Notes under the pieces: model-generated
Told to the model about the DNA's origin: nothing
Seen by the model: only the letters and a program-made list of their open reading frames with translations
Databases searched by the model: none
In this document: in pieces, positions 31,222 through 40,000 of the stretch
How positions within the stretch are numbered: position 1 is the first letter of the stretch
Layout of the letters: each line of letters starts with the position of its first letter
IMG/VR virus record: IMGVR_UViG_3300020160_002696
Location: 1 to 64,000 of that record
Reading direction: 5' to 3' (one strand)
From: a virus
Length of the DNA: 64,000 nucleotides
Program-made: the position numbers and the translations under genes

Positions 31222-32703
31222 TTAATCAGTTGTTTTAGTATATTCTAAAATTAAATAAAAATTTTCAACAAAATAAGAATAAATACCTTCAAATCTTAAA
31301 GAATTGCTAGTTGTACCTATAAAATTACCAGGATTACTTCCCAATTCAGTAGTTTGTGAATTTAATAATGCCACTGGTGATATAGAAGTTCTATCAGTTC
31401 CTGGGCCAATTGGTTGTAAGTTTACAATATCTGCTCTTAAATAAAATGCAATAGATAAATTATGATTGATATTAACAGAGGTTTCTGATGAAGTGGCAGA
31501 AAATGAAATAACCTTTCTATAGATAGGTTTACCATCTATCCACATACCTCCTGTTAAAATCTCATTTGTTGAATATGATAGTGATGTAACTAAACCAGTA
31601 TCTGTAGGACCTGTAGGACCAATTGGACCTTGTAAACCATCAGCACCTGTAGGACCAATTGGACCTTGTAAACCATCAGCACCTGTAGGACCAATTGGAC
31701 CTTGTAAACCATCAGCACCTGTAGGACCTTGTATTTCTGTAAATGAACTAGTTGAACTAATTCCAGGTGTTCCACTTAAATTCATATACCAGTTACTATA
31801 AGTACCTGAACCTATAGAATTTTCAACAACTATTGAAATAAGTCCTGTTGAAAAGTCATAATAATCTACTTGTCCAGTAAAATAACCCCCTTCTGTCTCA
31901 TAATCAAAGTCATATAAATTAGGTAAGTCACTATAAACAACAACATTTTGTGAACTTGAATAAGCTAAATATGGATTCACTTCTAAATCTACAACTTGTC
32001 CAATTTCAGGAACTGATAAAGTAGTAGAAGATGTGGTATAATATCTATCTGCTTGCCCTTTTTCACCACTTAAATTCATATACCAAAAACTAAATGTCTC
32101 TCCAGTTGTAATACTTGTTGAAAAATCAACAACTAGTGTCATTTGTCCAGTTGTTTTATTATAGGAATCTATTCTACTTATAAAATAGTCACCACCAACT
32201 TCATAGTTATCATCATATAAATTTGGAATATCATTATAAACAATAACACTTTGTGCAGGTGTATAGGCTAAACCGATTTGTGTTTCCAAATCTATTACTT
32301 CACCAACAATTGGTAATTGAAATGGTGTACTTGATGTTGCACTATATCTATCTGCAGCACCTGTTGCACCAGTAGGACCTACAATAATAGAAACCTTACT
32401 AAAAATAGAGTCAACATAATTTTGTACATCTCTATCAATCAGATGTGGTACATTTTTAATTAGTGTGTCTATTTGTATTTGTATTCTTGTTAAAGCAAGT
32501 TTTGCCTCATTTATAGTTGAGAAGTGTAATGATATTATTCTTTTGGATTTTAAGTTAATTTTAAGTATATTATTACTTATAGAAACATTTTGTATAGCAA
32601 ATGGATCTATAGTATATTTAATATCATTAGTATCATCTAATATTTTTATATTTTTATCAGATGATGTAATTGGTCTTAAAAATTTATTATAACTATAACT
32701 CAT
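31222..32703 (-). CDS. Collagen-like fibre protein
   Basis: GPTGADGLQGPI repeats; C-terminal WIDGKPIYRKV...LEYTKTTD fibre-tip motif. Confidence 0.8.
   Translation of the reverse strand: MSYSYNKFLRPITSSDKNIKILDDTNDIKYTIDPFAIQNVSISNNILKINLKSKRIISLHFSTINEAKLALTRIQIQIDTLIKNVPHLIDRDVQNYVDSIFSKVSIIVGPTGATGAADRYSATSSTPFQLPIVGEVIDLETQIGLAYTPAQSVIVYNDIPNLYDDNYEVGGDYFISRIDSYNKTTGQMTLVVDFSTSITTGETFSFWYMNLSGEKGQADRYYTTSSTTLSVPEIGQVVDLEVNPYLAYSSSQNVVVYSDLPNLYDFDYETEGGYFTGQVDYYDFSTGLISIVVENSIGSGTYSNWYMNLSGTPGISSTSSFTEIQGPTGADGLQGPIGPTGADGLQGPIGPTGADGLQGPIGPTGPTDTGLVTSLSYSTNEILTGGMWIDGKPIYRKVISFSATSSETSVNINHNLSIAFYLRADIVNLQPIGPGTDRTSISPVALLNSQTTELGSNPGNFIGTTSNSLRFEGIYSYFVENFYLILEYTKTTD
31609..31728. repeat. 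About 3.3 x 36-bp tandem repeat (collagen-coding)
   Basis: acctgtaggaccaattggaccttgtaaaccatcagc x3 plus a partial copy. Confidence 0.9.
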
Positions 32704-32717
32704 TATTTATATTATTT

Positions 32718-33845
32718 TTATTCAACTATAATTTCAATATTAACACCATCCAATAAGTTATGTGCTATATCAGAGAAGTTAAATGTTACAGAATATGTAC
32801 CAGGTGTTGTAATTAATGATAATTCTGTTGCAGTTGTGTCATGAATAATTAAGTTAGAAGGTTGCATTGACATAGTTCCTTCTCTGTTATCAACAATGTT
32901 ATCAACTAATAAATTAATTAATTGTGGTTTATCTAAAACACTTGAAGTACCATAAGTAACTAAGTTTATTGATGTAGAGAATGTTAATCCATCTGCAGTA
33001 GAGTAAGGACCATTAGTCAATCCATTAAATGCAATATAATCTCCATCACCACCAACTTGATTATAGAATGTCAATACAGGATCTTGATTATCAGCAGGGT
33101 AACCATCAATAATGTTAGAATTTGGATTTTCAATAATAAAGTTTAGTAATGAGTGTGCTTGATATGCATCATACTCTGTTAAAAATTGTAAGAATATTGT
33201 CCCATAACTTGCATCATCTATAATTAATATTGAACCGGTTTTTTCAATTGTTTCTATATTAGAAATCTCCATATAGATTAATGGTCTTGAAGGTGTTCCT
33301 TTATCCATAATCTTGATAGATTCTTCTTGTATATGAGTTTTAATATCTGTCCATTCTAAATTAGTGAATGATGTACTTGATTGATTAATTGAATCATTAA
33401 AGAAAGTATAACTATCATCAATAACACCAACCATTACTTCTAAAGTTACTGCATATTTTGTATTTGGATTTGTTAAGTATAATTGTTTAATTCTATTAGT
33501 AGAGTTACCTGTTAAACACATCATTTGTGCCATTGGATAAGTTTTTGTTAAATCATCATAAAAACTCCAAGTAATATAATTATCTTCTTCTATAACAGAT
33601 GCACTATTATACATTGCCTTAATTGCTAAGAAAGTTGCATTATCTCCTAAACCTAAGTGATTTAGTAAGTAATTTGTTTGACCTGCTTTAAGTAAAATTC
33701 TACTTTTAAGAAGTTGTTTGTAGGGCATTCTTAAATCTGATACTGTAAGTCTATCTACTATATTGGCACCATCAATTGCAATGAAATCACCACCATTTAC
33801 TTTAATATATTGTGCACCACTACCAAATATTGTTCCACATCCCAT
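32718..33845 (-). CDS. Putative virion structural protein
   Basis: Late promoter at 33867-33875; beta-rich; C-terminal Ig-like segment PGTYSVTFNFSD. Confidence 0.55.
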   Translation of the reverse strand: MGCGTIFGSGAQYIKVNGGDFIAIDGANIVDRLTVSDLRMPYKQLLKSRILLKAGQTNYLLNHLGLGDNATFLAIKAMYNSASVIEEDNYITWSFYDDLTKTYPMAQMMCLTGNSTNRIKQLYLTNPNTKYAVTLEVMVGVIDDSYTFFNDSINQSSTSFTNLEWTDIKTHIQEESIKIMDKGTPSRPLIYMEISNIETIEKTGSILIIDDASYGTIFLQFLTEYDAYQAHSLLNFIIENPNSNIIDGYPADNQDPVLTFYNQVGGDGDYIAFNGLTNGPYSTADGLTFSTSINLVTYGTSSVLDKPQLINLLVDNIVDNREGTMSMQPSNLIIHDTTATELSLITTPGTYSVTFNFSDIAHNLLDGVNIEIIVE

Positions 33846-33893
33846 AATTAATTATTAATTTTAATGTATATATTAAAAACTAAAAACTATTTA

Positions 33894-36515
33894 TTACAAA
33901 TCAAGGACATTTACTGAATATCTTTCTTTAAGAACTGTTGAATCTGAAACTCTTGTTAGTCTAATCTTTTTACCTTTATTCAAAGAGAAGTAAGGTATAT
34001 TAGATAATAAAGAAGGTATTGTTGTACTATGTAATTTAATTGGATATACATTTATACTTGTGGCATAATTTACTAAACTTAAATTTGAAGAAATATCAAA
34101 TTCAACAAAGGAAGTATTTGCAATAACAGGATATTGTCCAGAATAATCATAAACTGAAGCAGTACCAACAAATAGGTTATTTAGTGTTAATACATCTCCC
34201 ACTTTTATAGAATTTGATACAATATTAGAATCCATATCAAAATAAACTCTAAGTTTATTTCCAGGCTCTAAAGTTATTTCTTTTGTAAAATCAATATTAA
34301 ATTTGAAATCTTTCCATAGATAAGCAGAGTTAGGATTTTGTAAAGAAGTATTGTAATAAACTGGTAAATCTATTCCACCAACAATAAGAACTTCTGTACT
34401 TTGATTGGTTGTATTTGAAATATTACTTCTCATATAAATATCTAACTTCTTATTTTGAGAAGAAAACTCTGATGCATCAATCATAAAATCAACTGATTGT
34501 CTATAATATAAATCCCTATCTAATACAAATGTTAAATTACTTGCAGTAAATGAAAGTTGGACCTCATCATTATTAGTAAAATTGACTAAAAAATCTCTAT
34601 TATTTGGTACTGCTAAATTAGCAGGTATAACACCTTGTGTATTATACATATCAGTTGCATTATAAACATAAACTCTTTCATAAGATGTATTAACTGCACT
34701 TAATCTAATTGTTGGTGGTGTGCCAGTTACTGTACTAACCTCAATAGTATCAGTAGATACAAGTTGATTTGTTGAATATAATCTTAATAAATTTTCAAGA
34801 TTTTGAATTTTTGAATTTATTGTTGCTAAATCTGTTTGTGTATATACTAATCCTTTTACTGCATTTAATTCATCTCTTATAGTTCCTTGCTCTGCAATTA
34901 GATTTAAGAAACTATCATTAGTTGAAGATAATCTACTCATTGATTGATTAAATAAGTTCATACTAAACATTGAATTGATTGCCTCAGGATTATAAGTATC
35001 AACTGGATTTTCATTAATTATATTAAAGTTTAAGTTTAAACTAAATGCAAATGATGTACCATCTTGATTACCATTAGTTACAAACTTTTTATAACTTGGA
35101 AATCTCAATCCTCTTTCTTCTTCAATTACATTATTATCTGGATTGTCTAAGAAAGAAATTCCATACAAATTAGACTTTTGATTACCAGCAGAATCCTCAA
35201 CTGTATAATACCATAAAATAGCATTAAACTCAAAATCAGATGGTGGTAAATTATTAACTGAAAGTGCATTAAATTGGTCAAAGTTAGTTAAGTTTCTACC
35301 TAAAATATTCATCTTGACATAGTGAGCAGAGTTGAAATCCATTGTAATACCATCAATAGTATTACCATTTACAATTGGTGTATTTGTATCACCAGAAACA
35401 CCATAGTAAGCACCACTTCTTCTTATTGAATCTCCACCAGCTGTTTCATAAGTCCAATCTAATGTGTCAAATTGTCCTAAGTAAGAACCTGGATAGTTTA
35501 ATGGAGAGTTAACAATTGGAGAACTGAATCCTTGATTCTCACCTGCACCCATAATCTCTGCTTGATATTGAGATGGTATAATAGGAAATGATAAGTTTGG
35601 TTTATAATTTATATCATACATTGTTCTGAAAAGAATATCAGGTGTTTGACCTGTATGATCTGGAATATGTGCATAAACTTCTGTATAAGAACGATTTGCT
35701 TCTTGTACATTAGATATACCATTTACTTCACCAATATATTGAACTAATCTATTATAAACTAATTTAGCCTCACCACCATTATATTGATCAGTAAATTCAG
35801 TATTAAATGTAACTAATTGACCTAATGTTCCATCAGGTGCTATAATATTATTGACCTTTACATTAATACCATCAGAAGAAGTTTTATAAATATTAACAAT
35901 ATCACCAACTCTAAAGTTTGTAGTTCCATTGAATTCTATTTGTAGTTGGTTATTATCATTATTTGATGTTTTAATGTCCCAAGCAGTTAATTCTCTTTCT
36001 TTCCATAAATATTCAGGAAAGTATTCAGGATCGTTAATATTAGCAGATTGAAATTCTGCAATTGAACTGAAATACTCATCATCTGGTATAGCTGGTTCAA
36101 AGTCAATAATATTTAATTTTTTAGCCCATTTGTAGAAAATCTTTTCTGTTGTAGTTTCTAATACATTATTATCATAGTAATAATTAGTATTATTTAATCT
36201 TGATTCTCTTATTACAACTTCTTGATTAGCAACATAATTTCTTAAAGACTCAATAATTTGATCTTTAAAATCTGTTGGTAATCCAGCAGTGACAGATTTC
36301 TTAAAAGCATTACCAAAGTCAAAGTAAACTGGTTTTGATGCAGTTCCTGAACCTGTATTTAAGTTTTGTTTAGGTAAGTTAAGTAAAACATATTTAGAAA
36401 AATACATTTTGTAATTAGAGTTCTGATATGCTGCTGATATATCTTCTGCTGCACTTGGAAAGGCATAGAAGGATGTACCATTGGTTTTTACTGATTTATA
36501 CAAGGGTGTTGACAT
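33894..36515 (-). CDS. Large putative virion structural protein
   Basis: 873 aa, N/S/T-rich with a coiled-coil segment; TTTATATATA upstream. Confidence 0.55.
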   Translation of the reverse strand: MSTPLYKSVKTNGTSFYAFPSAAEDISAAYQNSNYKMYFSKYVLLNLPKQNLNTGSGTASKPVYFDFGNAFKKSVTAGLPTDFKDQIIESLRNYVANQEVVIRESRLNNTNYYYDNNVLETTTEKIFYKWAKKLNIIDFEPAIPDDEYFSSIAEFQSANINDPEYFPEYLWKERELTAWDIKTSNNDNNQLQIEFNGTTNFRVGDIVNIYKTSSDGINVKVNNIIAPDGTLGQLVTFNTEFTDQYNGGEAKLVYNRLVQYIGEVNGISNVQEANRSYTEVYAHIPDHTGQTPDILFRTMYDINYKPNLSFPIIPSQYQAEIMGAGENQGFSSPIVNSPLNYPGSYLGQFDTLDWTYETAGGDSIRRSGAYYGVSGDTNTPIVNGNTIDGITMDFNSAHYVKMNILGRNLTNFDQFNALSVNNLPPSDFEFNAILWYYTVEDSAGNQKSNLYGISFLDNPDNNVIEEERGLRFPSYKKFVTNGNQDGTSFAFSLNLNFNIINENPVDTYNPEAINSMFSMNLFNQSMSRLSSTNDSFLNLIAEQGTIRDELNAVKGLVYTQTDLATINSKIQNLENLLRLYSTNQLVSTDTIEVSTVTGTPPTIRLSAVNTSYERVYVYNATDMYNTQGVIPANLAVPNNRDFLVNFTNNDEVQLSFTASNLTFVLDRDLYYRQSVDFMIDASEFSSQNKKLDIYMRSNISNTTNQSTEVLIVGGIDLPVYYNTSLQNPNSAYLWKDFKFNIDFTKEITLEPGNKLRVYFDMDSNIVSNSIKVGDVLTLNNLFVGTASVYDYSGQYPVIANTSFVEFDISSNLSLVNYATSINVYPIKLHSTTIPSLLSNIPYFSLNKGKKIRLTRVSDSTVLKERYSVNVLDL

Positions 36516-36574
36516 AAAAAATACAATATAAGTTTTTCATATATATAAAAAAATGAAACCTCTTTAATATGAAA

Positions 36575-36596
36575 AAATCCTCATTACTGAGGATTT
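36575..36596. terminator. Terminator hairpin overlapping a stop codon
   Basis: aaatcctca-ttac-tgaggattt. Confidence 0.65.
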
Positions 36597-36991
36597 GTTT
36601 GTAACATCTTAACTATTTCCATAAAGGCCTTTTCTGTACCTTTAATAGTATATTCATATAAACCATATGCATTTACTTCTGTAGGTGCTTGGTCATAGAA
36701 TTTAACACCATTGAGAACTTCATCTATATCATTTCGGTATTTAAGATAAAAATCATATATATCAGCATCATTTATAAATCCTTCAACTTTAACATCTTCT
36801 GGATTCTTTTCAAATGATTCAACAAAGGAAGCAAACTCTCCACCACTTTTAGTAATAGTATTATCAATCATCTTTTTTACTTCTTCTTTAAGTTCAGTAA
36901 ACTTATTTGAATCTAATGATTTAACACCTGGTGTCTCATCAATATTGGCATCATCTGCCTCATTTACAAATTGTGTATATCTTTTTATCAT
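36584..36991 (-). CDS. Protein with capsid-targeting-like leader (MIKRYTQFVNEA)
   Basis: Shared motif; TAATATATA at 36996-37004. Confidence 0.65.
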   Translation of the reverse strand: MIKRYTQFVNEADDANIDETPGVKSLDSNKFTELKEEVKKMIDNTITKSGGEFASFVESFEKNPEDVKVEGFINDADIYDFYLKYRNDIDEVLNGVKFYDQAPTEVNAYGLYEYTIKGTEKAFMEIVKMLQTNPQ

Positions 36992-37009
36992 AATCTATAT
37001 ATTAACTTT

Positions 37010-40000
37010 TTACATCCAATTTGCACCATCTTTAAATATTCCATTGTACCAAATACCACCTTCCCAAAGTCCAGTTTCATAAATACCATTTGTCCAAACA
37101 CCTGATTTCCAGTTAGTGCTTCTAAATCTACTAACAACTCTTAATCCTGTTTCACTATCATTATCTATTGTATTGTAACCAGGTGAAATATTGATAAAAA
37201 GTTTAGTTATCTTATTAATTGAATCTACAAAACTAGGTTCTATAACCTTATACTGACCTTCAATACTATTTGTAAGTCCAAAAGTATTTAAAATATTTAT
37301 TTCATCATCAATATTAAAATCAAACTCTCCATTCAATGTAATATATCTATCATCATCACTATTATAAGTAATTCCAATAACTTGAATATCCTCCAATATA
37401 CCACCATACCAATTTCCAGATTGAAAATCCATATTATATGCGATACCACCATACCAGTCACCAGTAAACCAAGCACCGGTTTTCCATATTGAATATTTAT
37501 GAGATGTTGAAACTATGGGTAATCCATCATTGTTGGTAATCATTCTTGAATAAAAACTTCCACTTAACCATTTACCAGCTCTCCAGTTTGCAGTTCTACT
37601 ATTATATGCTTTAGTACCAAATCTTGCAAGTGAGTTTTTTTCCTCAAAAATACCATCATACCAAATACCATTCTCAAAGTCTCCACCATTCCATTTACCT
37701 TTAAGCCAATATGCAGGATCATTATCACAATTAAATATTCCTCCATTCCAAGTACCATCATTCCAAATACCACCTGATAAAATACCATTATTCCATGTAC
37801 CATCATTCCAAATTCCTCTATACCATTCACCATTATTCCAAGTACCACCATACCATCTACCATCAACCCAAGTACCATTATTCCAAGTTCCATCATACCA
37901 TCTACCACCAAACCAAGTTGATTGTATTGTATCTGATACACTATTATCTACTTCAACTGATATTAAATTATCTGTTATTCTTTTAGAATTCCAAGTACCT
38001 TCATACCAGTCACCTGATTTCCAGGTACCTGATATCCAAGTTCCACCAAACCATCTACCACATTCCCAATAACCCTTATACCAGACTAATCCATTTATAT
38101 CAAGTCCCAATAAGGCACCTGAAACTTCTGCTTCTAACATCCAAGGATATTGAAGTGATAGTGTTTCAATATTTAAACCATCAATTAATCTAAATCTATA
38201 TTTGTTATAGTCAACATTTATTAGACTATAAACATCATTAGTTAATTTTAAGTTATCAATACTTAATTCAATTGCAATTTTACCTTTTTTATTTACACCA
38301 ACATCAATTATATCAACAGGTTGATAATTAAAGAAAGGATCACTTTTAGTGTATTTCAAAAATCCTGTATCATTAACAATAGTGTTATTAATATATGGTA
38401 TATCTATCCAAACCTTATATTCATCAACTACATTAACTATATGATAACCAAAGTATTGTTGATTTAAAAACTCAGAAGAGAATGTCCCACCATTAAATTC
38501 TAAAATAACACCATCACTATTTTTTAATTCATGTTTCTCACCACAAATTATAAGTAGTTTATCATTATCTACATCAGTATCTGTTATTTTAATATTAAAT
38601 TCTCTTGCAAGTTTTGTTATATTCATTGCCAATTCATTCTTATAATCAGTATAAATAATTGCAGATAATTCTTTAATTGTATCTACATCAGATAATAAAA
38701 TTTTAGTATATGAATCAGTTGATATTTTATAATTTGTAGTTCTATCATAGTTATAAAAGTTGTTATTTACATTATCTATAATCCTATTATTAAATCTTGG
38801 TCTATGTATATTGTTTAATTCTTGTAAATCCTCACTTATTTGTAATAATGTTCTTCTTGATAAAATATCAATAAATCTAGGTTGAATACCAATTGGAAAT
38901 ATTATACTTTTACCAAATTCAATATCATAAGTGTTATCTATACTATTGTAATATTTTTTAGTTACTAATAATCTATCAGTACTATATGTAGTACCAACTG
39001 GAGGATTATAATAGTCATTATCAGAATACATTATTATATCTACAAATGTATCTATAAATATACTTTCCCATTCCAATTCTAAATCTGTACCAAATTGTAA
39101 TATATTACTTGGTTTTGTATTATTACTACTGAAATCAATACCATTAAAATTAAAATAAGCCCCTGTTGAATTTGCACTAAGTGAAGCTTGCATAGGTATT
39201 GCCTTATAATGTGGCATTGCATAGTACTCTTTATCTACAGTAAATTTTGCTGTTGTTAAATTTGTAGTATCATTTAACCCTTCTAAGTAATCTAAAATAT
39301 TATAAGTTGGTGTATATCCAAATTTTAAGAAACCATCTGTATAAATCATTTCTCTTTTAATAGTTATAGGAATATTTGCTTCATTAACTCCAGTTGCAAT
39401 TACTTGTGTTGCTAAATTGTAATAAGATGTTATATTATTAAACTTAGCATCTATTGTAATATTATTTGGATTATTATATGTTAATTGATAACCATGTGAA
39501 ATTGGATGTATATTAAATCTTTCTTGTAACTGGTCTAAATTTTGAAACTTGTTTAAGTTGGTAATAGTAATAGGATCCTGAGTTTTTATTAATTCAGTAA
39601 TTATATTATCATTAAAGTCCATATACATATAGAGATACTTACTTGTTCTATTTATAGTTCTTAAAATTGGACTTAAATGTGTAAAATTGGTTATATTCTT
39701 AATTTTATTAACTACAAATTGACTATCCACAACAGAACTACTTAGGTTAATTACATCACCAACACTAACAGGAAAACTAGTACTAACTCTAACTATCATT
39801 AAATAACCATAAAAGTAAATATCATATAATTCATTTGGTCCTGATATTGGTATTAGTCCTAAACCATTAAACCTACTTTGTGTACTATCTAATAGGGAAG
39901 GTGCTAATCTTGATATATTATCTAATGTATTAGTTATAGAGAATATACCTTTAGTTGATGCAATACTACTTTTACAAAAATCTGTTGATATTTCAACTTT

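Noticed and set aside
29721-31728. Direct repeats as a CRISPR array
   Set aside because: They are head-to-tail without unique spacers, have lengths in multiples of 9, and encode Gly-X-Y collagen.
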